This document shows positions 13,314-26,756 of a DNA stretch of 64,000 nucleotides, piece after piece; position 1 is the first letter of the stretch, and the number at the start of each line of letters is the position of its first letter. A program made the translations under genes and the position numbers. Source of the DNA: Lama glama (lineage: Eukaryota); the NCBI GenBank assembly GCA_028534125.1, contig CM052817.1, positions 44,332,001 through 44,396,000 of the forward strand. The letters run 5' to 3'. The notes beneath the pieces are model-generated. The model was not told the DNA's origin, searched no databases, and saw only the letters and a list, made by a program, of their open reading frames with translations.

Positions 13314-13367
13314 CTTTCATCTCAGCAATTGAGTTTTCTTCTTTCATCTCAGCAATTGAGTTTTCTT
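13314..13367. repeat. Perfect 27-bp tandem duplication
   Basis: ctttcatctcagcaattgagttttctt x2. Confidence 0.95.
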
Positions 13368-16323
13368 ATTTTAGCTGGCTCCTCTTTATAGTTTCTGAAA
13401 CTTACATTTTAGTGAGAACGTAAGTTGTTGGATTGAAATTCGCATGCCCTGGCCTCATGTTTTAGACCAGTTTCTGCAGCTTTCCCTTTATTGTCCAGAG
13501 CCCAGTTTCCAGTGCTGGGACTCTTCTGGCATCCTTTCAGATCTCCCTCTTGCTTGCCAAGGCCAGAGGAGGGGGTGAAGTGATTGAGGGGCATCTCCGT
13601 TCTTTAAGAATAGCTTTCTCTCATAAGCCATCCTTGTGTCCTGAACTTTCCTCTGCCCATTGAAACGTGTTTGTAAGCTGTGTTGGAACAGACTTCTGGA
13701 GATTTGATTTGTAAGTCTGGATGCAGGCCGAGAGAACAAGTAGGCACGTGCAAATCTGGGCACAGTGTTAGCCAGGACCCGATGCTTTGCTCCAGTCCTA
13801 GACAGGTGGCTGGTGCCACTTTTGCCAGGATCTGTAGCTCATCAGCTGTCCTCCATTGCTGCCAAAATAAAGAATTATTGCTCTTCTAAGTGGGTGCAGA
13901 TGCCAGGCACCAGGACCACATGTATGGGATAAGTAGGGTGTATTTTTTGATAGGGGAAATATGTAGAACAAAGAATAATATTGTTCTCTAGTCTTATTTT
14001 GATTTCAGCCCCGAGTAAATCTGATTGATATGAGAGCCAGTCTCTCTGTAGCTAATTTGAGGGACGGGGGTTGGTGGTCACCGAGAGAGAATACCAATGT
14101 GTCAGTCAACCTGTCCAACAGGAAAATGCAGGTTTAAAGATTAATACTTAGTTATTTGAGAGTGTGGTGAAATAGCACGCATACACTTACTGGGAGGAAG
14201 TAAGATAATTAATACAAACTTTCTAATATGCATTTTGGCAACATGTTTCAAAAGCCTTAAAAAGTTCCTCCTCTTTAATTAAGTAATTTTATTTTCAGGA
14301 ATTTATCTCGAGGAAATTATCTTATTTGCATAAAGTCTTATTCAGCAAGATATTTGCAGTGTTTTTTATAATAATGAAAAACAACACGAATGTTCAACAA
14401 CAGAATTGGTTAAATTAACAATGCTACATCTATGTGTTAGAATATAAGGTAGCCATTAAAATTATATTCAAAGATTGAAAAATGTTAGTAATTTTAAAGT
14501 TAAGTGAGGGTCATATGTATATGGAGGTTAACTATGGTATTCTGTATGCCTTGGGGTATGATTGAAATTTGCAACAATAATTAAAAACTCTTGTTCTCAA
14601 AGAATGTTTACATCTAATGGAAAACACTTGTAAGGTATTATTAAGTGGAAAGTAAATTATTAAGCAATATGTATTGATGTATGATAGGATTCCATGGGAT
14701 TCTAGTTTTGTAAAACAAACCTTTCTGTTCATTTTTTTATACTGAAAATATATATATAATGTTAACAGTGGCTGTCTCTGGGTGGTGCAAATATAGGAAC
14801 TTTAGATGTTTCCTCTTATATTTATTTATATCTTCCAACATCCATTTAATAAGCCAGCAATACTTTTGGTCAGTAAGATGGACTATTAATGGAGATTATT
14901 AGAAAGTTCATGTATACAGTTCAAAAGTCTATTGGTAGTTTGTTTAAATTCAACATAGGAAATCAATCAACTTCAAAGGAAAAGAAAATCTGATGAAACA
15001 TAGTCCCCTTTGCCATGACCCTCCTGGCCCCGACATGATTTCCTTCCCCACATCATTCTGAAAGAGCATTAACAGTATGAGCTCATGGTGTGTTGGGAGA
15101 GGGATGTAAAAGTGGCTGTTGGAAACAGGAGGGCTTCCTAGGTCAGGTAGCAGATGGGAGGAAATGCAGCTTATCTTCCACAGTTTCCAGTCAATTAGGA
15201 AGAGAGCTTCTCATCCCAGTTCTGAAACCCTGCAAGTGTCTTGCCCATCCAATTTCCTTCTTCCTGTGGGTCCATGCCTTGCACGGTCGTAGGTCACGGC
15301 TGTGCAGGGGGCCCGCCAGCCTGCCGCCATCCGTCATGCTGAAAGTACTGGTGCGAGGCATGGGCACTCAGCCAGCAAGGCGGGCAGCCAGTGACACTCC
15401 GGTGGCCGAGGCTGGCTTCTCCTGCTGCCGGGGGAAGCCAGCGGTGGTCTCCTCACATGTCCTGCTCCGAAGCCTGTTGTCCTCTTTGCTTTGTTGGGAC
15501 TCAGTCCCCACCAAATATCAGCCAGGCGGCAGTACCACAGGCAGAGAAGTGAGCCAAGAAATTAGTCTCCACAAAAGAACATGAACCCAAGCTGAATTTG
15601 AACATCTGTTTCCTATGCAACACCCTTCAGAAAGCATGGCATTATTTGCTTTCCAGATCACTTCCCAGCAATCCAAGAGGGAAAAAAAAAGCCATTAGTG
15701 TTTGAGGTGAGGCAAGGTCTTCTCCAAGAGGACAATAGACCTTCTCTTTAAATCTTGGGGTTCCGAGGGGTCCCCAAATTGTCAGCATTTAAAGATCATG
15801 CAGACAGGTGTCCTGGAAGAGTCTGTGAATGCTGTTCTTCCTAAGAAACCTGAATTCTCCAAGGAGGGGAGAGAAATGGGCATGCATTTAAATCCTCAGA
15901 ATTAGGGCAGGAATTGATTAACTCCGTGGCACAGAGCACAGCAGTTGATCTAGAGTCTAGACCTTCTGGTGAACCTCCCTCAGCCAGAGATTCCACAACC
16001 TTAATGACCAGGGCTTGGGCGTGGGGTTACACCGGCCCTGGAATTTATGAGCCATGTGACCTTGGGCAAGTAATGTAACTTCTTGGAATTTTCAATGGTC
16101 AAACGGAAATAATAATGCCACCTTTACGGGGATACTGTGTGAAACAATGACCTAGCACTTACAAAGCACTTGGATAGTGCCTGGTGTTAGTAGATGCTTA
16201 ATAGTATTAGCTACTTTTATTATTATCATTATTAGGCTCACATCATCAGCAGTCAGTCCTCATGAAACACATCCTGTTTGGCAAATTGGGTTTTACACAA
16301 TACCATACAAATAGTCTGTGATA

Positions 16324-16663
16324 CAGTCAGCCCTCCATGGAACCTATAGATTTAACCAATGGCAGATCAAAAATACTTGAAAAAAAATTCCAGAAAGTTC
16401 CAAAAAACAAAACTTAAATTTACGTTGAGTTGCCAACTATTTACATAGCATCTACATTGTACTGAAAACTATTTACACAGCATTTACACTGTATCAAGTG
16501 TTATAAATAATCTAGGGATGATTTAAAGCTTACAGGAGGATGTGTGTAGGTTATATGCAAATACCACGCTGTCTTATATAAGAGACTTAAGCATGTGTGG
16601 ATTTTGGTATTGGGTAGGGGTAGGTCCTGGAACGAATTTTCCATGGATATCAAGGGATAACTG
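16324..16663. mobile_element. MER2-like TcMar-Tigger MITE
   Basis: Terminal inverted repeats cagtcagccctc / aagggataactg flanked by TA at 16322-16323 and 16664-16665. Internal near-duplicated 31-bp unit at about 16435-16495. Confidence 0.85.
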
Positions 16664-17882
16664 TATATAATGTTATAGAAATACTCAGAAGTACTCTATA
16701 ATATTCAGAATATAAAGATGGCACATTGGGTTTTATACAGAATACAGAAAACATAATTTCTGCCTTTGAAGACTTTATATCCCAAGAGATTTAAGATGAC
16801 CCAACTTAAAGGGTAAACTTCACTCGTTTATAATGGCGGGAGCAGATTAGGAGGGGAAAGCTTTATGAAGAAAGCTGGAGAGTAGGGCCTCAGTACCTGC
16901 AATGATCATTCTAGACTACTTTCCAGGTCCATCCATTCACTCACTTAAATCATCTATTCCTTGATTTACTCATCAGATGTATTAACCAGTATTTGCTAAG
17001 GACCTTTCTGTGTACCAGCCATTAACTTGTACTATGAAAGGCCCAGGGTACTGTGGTCGTGGTGTGGAGTGGGAATTGTAGCCTGGTGGTGAGATCTGAA
17101 TAAGACACTTTGGTCAACTTTGAGGTTCTTGTTGGTAGACACTAGTAGCCCCCATAGAGGTTTTGAGGAAGGTAAAGATGGGCTACTTCCCAATACTTCA
17201 CTACCAGGTTATAATGAAAGCCAGGGTCAGACCAAATCCTGCCCCATATACAGACATTATTAGATAAATATTCAGTAGTCAGCAGGCACAACATAGTTTA
17301 TACAATTGTTTGGGGAGTTTAAGTCCCAGATCACAGTGATTTGAGGGGCTTCCACTAGACTCCACATGAAAGGTTTCTTCCAGGAAGGGTTCTGTGGTTT
17401 CTAGTGGGCATCAGACAATCAGAAATCTTATAAATCAATGGCTTGTCATGGGAACTGTTTAGCAAGCAACCCTCAGGCACTATCACTAAAGATTCAGGCT
17501 CAGGTCTGGCTGGATTTTTAGACCTTGTTCATGTAAGGGTAGGGATTACCTTTACAATGTTGTCAAGCCACTTCACCTACCTTGAATTCCTTTAATTCAC
17601 CCCCGAAAGCCTATTTCTAACAGTAATGTGCATTTAAACATCACTCGCTTACCAATAAAAGCCCACCTCTGACACTGAGTATACTTGTTGCAAACCTATT
17701 GGTTATTGGTTGCAGTGAGATAACGCAAAAGCACGCAAAGGTTCCACAGCAGGGCACTTTCTGATGAGCTGCTAGCTGCCTGTTTCTTCGCTGCACTTTC
17801 TTGATTAGTCCCAGAGTATTAACTAAGAAACACAGATGTAACATCAAATGGTAAACGCTGAAACGTTTTAAAATAAATTACA

Positions 17883-18640
17883 TGGTGCATCCATTATAGA
17901 AAACAGTCATGGAGAGTCCTTAAAAAACTAAAAATAGGCTTACCCTATGATCCAGCAATCCCACTACTGGTCATATATCTGGAGGGAACTCTAATTTGAA
18001 AATATGAATGCACCCCAATTCATAGCAGCACCTATTTACAATAGCCAAGACATGGAAGCAACCTAAATGTCCATTGACTGATGATTGGATAAAGAAAATG
18101 TTATATATATATATGCATACACACACACATATATATACACACACACACACATACATACACACACAAAATGGAACACTACTCAGCCATAAAAAAGAATAAC
18201 ATAATGCTATTTGCAGCAACATGGGTGGACCTGGAGATTATCAAACTAAGTGAAATAAGCCAGAAAGAGAAAGAAAAATACCATACGATATCACATATGT
18301 GGAATCTAAAAAAAATTTACACAAATGAACTTATTTACAAATCAGAAACAGACTCACAGACATAGAAAATAAACTTATGGTTACCAGTGGGGAAAGAGGG
18401 GCTAGAGGGATAAATTGAGATTTTGGGATTAGCAGATACTATAACTACTATATATAAAATAGGTAAACAACAAGGTCCTACTATACAGCACTGGGAACTA
18501 TATTCAATAACTTGCAATAGCCTATAATGAAAAAATATGAAAATGAATATATATATATATATATAAAACTGAATCACTATGCTATACACCAGAAATTAAG
18601 ACAACATTGTAAACCGACTATATGTCAACAAAAAATAAAA
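17883..18640 (+). mobile_element. Young L1 3' fragment (ORF2 C-terminal region and 3' UTR) with TSD
   Basis: ccctatgatccagcaatcccact...agccaagacatggaagcaacctaaatgtcc; translation YSAIKKNNIMLFAATWVDLEII. TSD taaaataaattaca at 17869-17882 and 18641-18654. Confidence 0.92.
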
Positions 18641-19339
18641 TAAAATAAATTACAGACACTAAAACACCTGTGTCCAAAGAGGACTCACAGGATGAAGTCA
18701 GCATCATCTGGGATCTGACCATCAGTTTCCTGGGCCAGAAATTTAATTCTGTCCTCACAGCACAAGAGGAAAGCTCAGATTAGCTAAGTTTAGGGAGTTT
18801 GGTATATAAAACCAAAAAGTCAATTTATTTGTTTAGAGTGAGATCTCAACCCATTGTACACCTTTGATATTGATGGAATAAACAGGTTTTCTCCCTGGAT
18901 ACTGTTTTAAGGGGGCGTTATCATCATAAAGTTGTTGGCTGAACATTGAAATTTGAACTTGAAGCTGTGGTTGGCTGATCCACCCCAGGTAAAGATCTGC
19001 TAGAAGAACTTGAGTCTGTAAGCCAGGTTTCCTTTTCTCCTTATCTGAGCTTAAAAGGGCAAACCTGATTTCTGACTTTTAGGCTCCATGCTCCAGGCTG
19101 CCTGCCTTTCTTCTGTTCACACAATAGACCACAATTTGGGCTACTATATAATTCATTATGTTTCTACCTCTTCCTAAATTATCATGATATTCTAGTCCCA
19201 ACTCCCTAGAAATAGGCACCTTTCCTTGATTGAAGTTGGGAGTAGAGTCAAATTCTTCCATAGCCTTTTGGCGGAAGACATCTAATCACATTCACTTTGT
19301 GCATGGACTATACTGATTGAAATTTCAAAGGGTGCGTTA

Positions 19340-19830
19340 GGCAGTGTTCTTTTAATTATAAGGAAGGGAAAGCCCAACTCAGAGTTTGTTGGTTTATGTA
19401 ATTTCAAAGTTTCTGGCACATCTGGATCCAAGGGTTCAAACAATGTCATCAGCCTAGTTCTTTGGATCTGCCCTACTCCATGTTGGCTTCACCTTCAAGT
19501 AGGTTCTTGCCAGATGGTGGCCCCTAAAAACAACTCCAGACACACATCCTCCCAGTTTTAAGTCTAGTTGGAAAAGAGCTTCTCTTTTTGTCAGTAGTTC
19601 AGCAAGAACTCCAGTTAAATCACATAGGCCTGGCTTGGGGTATGTGCCCATCACTGAAACAATTATGGTATCTGGAGATAGAATACATGGATGGTCTAGA
19701 CCTTGGTGACATGACCATTCCTGAGGTCTGGTTTTTGTGCATGGATTGAGAGGGAATGTAAAATGATGCATGATCTTACCAGAAGAAGGCAGATGAATTT
19801 CACTTAGGCAAAACCAACAGATCCACTGAA
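19340..19830. mobile_element. Old MLT1-like LTR remnant
   Basis: ctggatccaagggttcaaacaatgtcatcag...tatgtgcccatcactgaaacaatt motifs. Confidence 0.6.
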
Positions 19831-21323
19831 GAGGCAGCCTGATTTGCCTTATCTCCAAGTTCTAGGGTGTTACCTTCCTTTGAGCCATGTGTGTCCAGGG
19901 AGGAGTATGGATAATATCATGTATGGCCTCTGCCTAGAATGAGCCCAGGATCTCATTCTAACAGGGAGAATAGATATGTGCACAAATGACCATTAGGAAC
20001 AAGCAAACAACATAAGTATCATATGAATAGTACCGAGGGAGAATGGAAATAATGTACAATTAGAGGAAAGAGGAATTATGTAGTTTGACAAGGACGACTT
20101 CTTGGAAGAAGTGGCACTTGAGTCCTGAGGAGAGGTAGGGTTTTGACCTAGGGGCTGACGCTGCTGGGGGAAGGAACTGCATAAGCAGCACACTGTGATT
20201 GGAAAAATGAGAGAGGGTCCATCTTTTGGGGTCCAGCAGAATCTCTCCAGCTTGTGTGGGAAAGGTCTGTGTACTGTCAGGTTGAACAGGGGGGTACCTG
20301 ACAGCCCATCCAGGAGAAAGGCCCTTTGCAGAGGATAAAGGTGGGTGAGTTTCAGGAGCTGTAAAGGTGTCCCATAGCTTCTGTTTCAGTGTTTCTGAAA
20401 GTGTGGCCTGGGATGCTTTTTTAACATGCCGATTTCTGCACTGATCCCAGAACTGACAGAATCAGTCTTGGAGGGAGTAGGACGTTAAGCCTTTTGTCTG
20501 AAACTGAGCCCGAGTGGCTTTCTGGACAGCCTCCCAGCCCACATTCAGTCCTGCCTACCATTTTGACAGGGAGACTCACTTTCAGTCACACTATAATACT
20601 CCATAGCCTTTTCAGACGAAGATTCCTCTGCCCTGCCCTCCCTTTATGACTTGGGATGGAACCAGTCACAGCCTCTGGGCTAAAGGGCAGAGCTGAGCTT
20701 GATCCAGAAAGGGGGCAGGGTACAGGCCCCTATTGACCTGAAGGAAGAAAGCAAGAGCCTTATCAGATCTACGGGGCTGGCCAAGCGATGCCTCCTGTGA
20801 CTGCTCTTTGTGGGTACCTGGGCACAGACCAAGAAGAGAGGGTTTCCGATTTGGCTTGGAAACCTGCATGACGTCTGTCAGCACTTAGTCCCTAGGGGCA
20901 GGGAGCACCAACAGGCAGTTTGTGGCCTCGAACCCTTTGCAGCAGTGGGTGGGTCTACCCTCCAGGGAAATAAACACTGCCATTTAGCACATTTTGCAGA
21001 TGGCTAACATGTTTTGCCTGCCACCCCGCCCTGCACTGAGCAGCCCGGGGGCACTATTCTAAATCAAAGGCCCTTTTCTCTGAGGAAGAAGGCCTGGGCA
21101 CGCTCTCGGCCCTCTACAGCAGCTTTTCTGAGTTCCTGGTCCTCTGTCCATCTTGGGAAATGTGTCAGCATTTTGGAGAAAGATAAGAGTGAGTTTTGCT
21201 GTTTGTATTATTTAAATTGAGTAATCGGCTCCCTTGAAACCTGCAAAAGTTCTCCCAGAAACAGAGATAAGCTGAAGGGCAGACAGACCCAGGTGGGCCT
21301 CTCCTCTGCTTATTAATACTATG

Positions 21324-21722
21324 CCTGTGGGGCCTTCCCAGCACAAGCCCCTTCCCCCGTATCCTTTGTGGTAGCTCCTCTCTGAAGTGCCCAGATAATA
21401 GTACCCAGATAATAGTATCTCATGCATATTTCCTGAGTTTTTCAGATGCTAAAAAAAACACCACCAATGGAAGCCCCCAGACTTTCTGGCACCTAGGGAT
21501 TGATCACCATCAACCCATCAGAGTCATGCACAGCTGATCACATACCCTGGGCTGAGCCTCCCTCAGCTGGTCTTTAAAAATGCTCAGCTGAAACCCTTCA
21601 GGGAGTTCAGGGTTTTGGGGGCACGAGCGACTCATTCTTGCTTGGCTCAGCAAGAAATCTTTCTCTGCTCCAAACTCCAATGTTGCGGTTATTTTGGGGC
21701 CTCACTGTGCCTCAGGCACACC
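21324..21722 (+). mobile_element. ERV solo LTR, copy A (ends degraded)
   Basis: Colinear similarity to 31114-31586 (agataatagtatctcatgcatatttcctga, cacagctgatcacataccctggg, tgctcagctgaaacccttcagggagttcaggg). Internal 14-bp duplication cccagataatagta. Confidence 0.8.
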
Positions 21723-22857
21723 TCTTGCTTAAAGCCCCAGGTACAGGCACACCCACTTGGGGTTCCGGGCTGCTCTGCCTTCTGCAGTCTCCCCCCATCT
21801 CTTCTCACACCTCCACCTCCCTCTTTGGAGCTGGACTGAATAGCAGAGATGCCTGGAGGCCCCTTCCCAGAAACAGGGGCAGAAAGGAGGCACCCAGGAC
21901 TACTCCCTCCCCACAGAGCTCAAGGGAATCGCCCAGCGAGCCTGCCTTTCCAAGCTGGTCTGTGCCTCCTCTGTACCCTGGTGTCCTCCATGGCCCCAGG
22001 CTTCATTCAGACTTCTGCTCCCAGACAACAGTACTGGAGCCCAGGAGCTCCTGCTTCAATTAGTGGGCTCTGCTCAGCTGGGGATACCAATGGTTTTCTT
22101 CCCCTTACCTCTGCACCCTTCCTCCTCCCCATTTCATTTTGTTCTCAGTTTTCAGTCTCTTAGGAAGAGAAGGACAATTCTAATTCTTCCTCCTAGAATG
22201 TATGACTCCTAGCCCAGTGATGACTTCTTGCTTTCGGCTTCCTGGCTCTGCTGAAGCAGCCTTTGGAATTTCACGGCTCCCTGCCAGAACCCCCGGTTCT
22301 TCCCAGCATCTGTTTAAACACAGCACTTCCGGGGCAATGCCCTGCCCTTTGCCTTTCTAACCTGGCTGTCATCTGGCTTCAAATTCCAAAAGGGATTTTA
22401 CTGCCTGTCAGGTCAGTAACAGTGCCCCGTGGTTAGAAGAAAAGCCTTAACAGTACTTTCTCTTTGGGAATGGGGTTGCCCAAGCTTTAAAGGTTGGCAC
22501 TTGGGGAAAATTTCAAGGCTTCTCTTTGCAAGTTGAAAAAACCTTAGCCTGGTAGCCCATTCAATGCCCTTTCTCGTGAGGGCCAGCCTGCCTGTGAGCC
22601 CTTCCTTCACCCACGACTCCTTTTCTTCAGCTTCTACTTGTACTTTATCCAGTACCCTGGCCTCCTGGACTTTGCTTAAGGTGTTAGCTCTGTCTGAATC
22701 ACCTTCCTCCACGCCATTTTCTATTTCTGCACGGCACAGTTCCGACCTATGTTCTGTGTCAATGCCCACAACTAAAACTTCCCTAGATCCCCTCCCATCC
22801 AACTTAATCTCTCCCCCCAGCCCCTGCCTTCCCATTGTGCTATCTTGAGATATAGCT

Positions 22858-23235
22858 ATATTGATGGTTATATTGAGATATAATTCACATACCATCAATT
22901 CATCCATTTAAAGTATACAATTCAATGGCTTTTAGCATAGTCACAGAATTATGCGACCATCCCCACAATCAATTCTAGAATATTTTCATCACCTCACCAC
23001 CACCACTCAATACTCTTTAGCCATCACTCATCAGTCCACACCACCACCCACCTTCCCAAATCTCCATCCCTAAGCAACCACTAATCTACTTTGTCTCTAT
23101 AATGTTGCATTTTCTGGACATTTCCTATAAGTAGAATCATATAGTATGTGGTCTTTTGTGACTAGCTTCTTTTAATTGGGATAGTGTTTTCAAGGTTGAT
23201 CCATGCTGTTACTTGTATCAGCAATACTTCATTTA
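22858..23235 (-). mobile_element. L1MB-like 3' end
   Basis: tattgagatataattcacatacc...gcaaccactaatctactttgtctctat...gtggtcttttgtgactagcttct. Confidence 0.8.
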
Positions 23236-26200
23236 AGAGGGACATTTGAAAAACATTTTAACATCTCTGAAATAAGGCTGCATCTTCAAATCAATGGTGT
23301 GCATGGGTTAATTAGCAGCTTTTCTTTCTTAGTAATACTTAAAATAAGGATGCATCTTCCAATTAATGGCGTCCAATTCAGTGAAATTTTATGTTTATGT
23401 CTCTGCTTTATCTCCTATCACAGTTAGCTTTGCAGCCAACTCATTTGTTTATGTGTCTGTCTTGTCTTGTAAACTTAGGCCCCGGAAGGATAGCAGTGAT
23501 GTCTGAATTATCTTTGTATCCTTCCAAGGACCTAGCACAGCGCTTGGCTTTCAGGAAGTGCTCAGTAAATAGGAAAAAGAGCTAACGTTATATTCAGAGA
23601 CATATTCTTCAACAATAACATGGCAGAGCAGAAGAAAGGTGCAAAATCGTCTTGCACGCTGGGTGAGTCTGCAGTGTGCTTGTGATTGTTAAGTTTCTGG
23701 TGATTGATAACATTCATTAACTAAACATTTGAGCGCCTGTGTGCTAGGTCCTGTGTTCTGAGCAGAGAGCATTACAAGGATGCTCAGGACATATTCTCTC
23801 TCCCAAGGAACTCCTATTTTGGAAAGACAGTTATATAAGTGGTTCTACAACAAGAAGGGTGGATGAGTGTGGTGTAGGGGCTACCAGTGCTATAAGACGG
23901 AGAGGTAGGAGAAGTTAGAGGGTGCTCCTGGGCTTAACTCGTAGGCATTTAGGGTACAGTATACATAGCCTGACAGTCCTGGGTTCTGCCACTTTTCTGT
24001 GAACTTGGCCATGATATTGAACTCTCCATGGCTCTGTTTCTTTATCTGTACAATGGATGTAATAAAAGCATGTATCTCTTGTAGTTGTAAGAATCAAAGG
24101 AGATAATGACTGTAAAATATGACATGTTAGGAACTACTCAAATAAACAATAGTTATTTTTGTGAATCTTAGATCATTAAACCTTCAGAGATTTTAGAAAT
24201 TATTTAATCAACCCTCCCTCCTGTACACCTAACGTTATGCTTGAGGATCAAAGCTGCAAGTGGCCTACCCTCTGGGTGGAGGAGGTGGGGACCGGCTTCC
24301 CGGAGGGGAGACATTGGAAGAATGAGAGACGTTAAATTGGCTGAGAAGTTTCAGCAAGTAAGATGGGCACTTTGGAGGTGAGTTTGAGGAGTTCTGTTTC
24401 TCCAGCCCAGCCCACTGGCCCTCCTTTCTCTCTCCCCATGGGCAGCCACTTCGTTTATTCTAATGGAGCCTTCATATTTATATATGTAATCTATGCCTGT
24501 ATTTGAACAGCTCTTAGAAGGAATGTCTCAGCCCCATCTGGGTCAGAAGCTCTGCTTCCTTCCTATGTATTATTTTTCTTTTCTCAACAAACCTGTACTT
24601 TTTCTGGACTGTCAGGGGCTGAGGTTTCTGCATTTTTATTCCTTAAGTATCTAGCATGATGGGCAAGGATTTCTATGGAAGTGTTTTGTTTTTTTAACTT
24701 TTTCCTTTGAAACATTAACAAGGGTGGTTGAATGAAAGATGAATAACTATATTTGGAATGAATAATGAATACATTAACAAATACATAATTATAGGATAGG
24801 CTATAACAATAGGTACCTCAAAAACATTGTGTTTATTTTCCAAGGGGAAAAATCAGGTCTAGATTAAAGCTAACAGAATTGTACTCACTTATTAACTTTT
24901 TCTTAGTTTTATGGATAATATTTTACTCGTCAGTGTTCAATCAACAGAGCTAGAATGATTGGGTTTAAATAGTTGGCCTCTTTTCTAATAGGCATGGCAC
25001 CTGGGAAACAATTCTTTTCTTTTTCTGCTAGGTAGACAGGCTAATAAAGTTGCTAACCCCATGGCTACCAACCTATGTCTATAAGAAGATGATGACAGAT
25101 ACATAAGGCCAAAAGCATTTTTGAACGCTGAGTCTAAATTCTTCTCTCCCCACCCAACCCCTAGGAGCAAGAGGTGGCTCTCCAATTTCAGGGCATTGGT
25201 CTCTCAGACCTGGGTCTGAGCATGGGAGGCCAGTGTGCACATCCCAGAAGCGGGGTTCTATGACTCAGCGAACAGAGTATGTGAAGGAAGATCGAAACTA
25301 ATAGGGGCTTAAGGAAGGTAAGGTCGTTGCCCTCCCACTTAAAAGAGTTTCAGATGAAGATGGTCCAAGGTAAGAACGACTCCATTGTGTAGGCTCCTTT
25401 TTCTGCTCCACTATTCATAGGGCGTGGTCCTCCAGTTCCCAAGGTAGCAGCTAGAACCCCAGCCAAATGTCTGGAGGGGACAAAGAAGGAGGCAGAAAGC
25501 CCATATTTCTTCCTTTTAAAAAAGTTTCTGGAAGTTAGCAAACAACTCTAATACTGCCTTGATCAGAACATAATCATGGCGACACCAGGCCCCAAAGAAG
25601 GCTGGGACATGTAGTCTCTATTCTAGGTGACCATGTGCCCAGATCAAAACCACAGCTCAATTACAAAGAAGGAGGGAAGAACGACTATAGGGGTAGCAAT
25701 AGCTGCCACAAGGGTGTGCAGCCCCAGTACTGGTCCCTGCGTGTTAGGGTAGGTGTGGACTGGGGTGGGGGAGTAATCATTGTCCCCCAGGAAAGCTCTA
25801 TCAGGTAACAGGCCCATGTAAAGAGCTGTCCTGGGAGTAGCAACTCCCCTTCCCGCTAATAAGAGCGGGTCACAAGGCTTTGCCCACTCCTCTTGCAAGA
25901 GCCCACACTCACCTAGGGTCTCTTCTGAATGCAGCTGGAATGTTCTGTCCCTCTGCTTCACCCCTTGACCACTTTCCTTTCAGATTAGATTTGAAACTGG
26001 GCTCAGACACCTGATAAACCTGTAATCTTGGAAAGTTATTGAATATCCCTGCACCTCATTCCTCACAACTCTGAAATGTTAATCATCCATAATAATAATA
26101 TGTAACAATAATAATCAGGCCCAACACAAAGTAGGTGCTTTAAAAAAAGTTAACTTACTTTTGCAACCAAGTGGGCGGTGTGAAAGCGGATGCCCTCGCC

Positions 26201-26756
26201 CCCTGTAAAATTGGCATTTTCTTGAGGTATTCCAAACATAACCCATACTCTAACCTTTATCCAATTCTGATTTTTAAAAGAATGCTAGATTATATGGAGT
26301 ATAGCCTATGTGCCAGGCACTATTCTAAGTGTTTTGTGTGTGTGAACTCATTTAAACCTCCCCAAACCCAATGAACTAATCACTACTGTCCCCACTTTAC
26401 ACAGAAAGATTAAGCAATGTGCTGATGCTCTTAAAGCCAGGAAGTGGCAGAGCTAGGCCGTGGGTCCAAGCAGTCTGGCTCCAAAGCCTGTGCGCTTACC
26501 CATGAGCAGTAAAGCCTCCCTGGGAGCCCCCCACCTGCCCCCTCATCTGTTTAAGAGCTTGATCAAAGCTCCGTAAATTTCGCCAGGATCTGAGGCTTCC
26601 CTCCTGCCCTCCCCATCCTTTATCTTTGTAACTCTCAGTCTCTTACAAAATCCTTTTTACTCGGGTTAATGATCAGTTATTCAACAAATATTTGTATCAA
26701 GATTCAGCCTTTGTCTTTTAAGAGTTTACCGTCTTGGGGAGATAAGAAGTTAAAAG

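Larger units (their letters stand above)
1446..25317 (+). pseudogene. Chain of candidate decayed internal exons (unidentified gene)
   Basis: Splice-bounded unique segments at 1446-1657, 3316-3395, 8961-9082, 10130-10276, 13609-13710, 15293-15548, 15657-15706, 17716-17850, 18837-18988, 19083-19331, 20240-20344, 20616-20944, 22164-22411, 23598-23662, 25192-25317. Frames are interrupted by stops. Confidence 0.3.

Noticed and set aside
22413..22907. 164-aa minus-strand ORF
   Set aside because: Starts within an L1 3' end, has no splice context and no recognisable homology.
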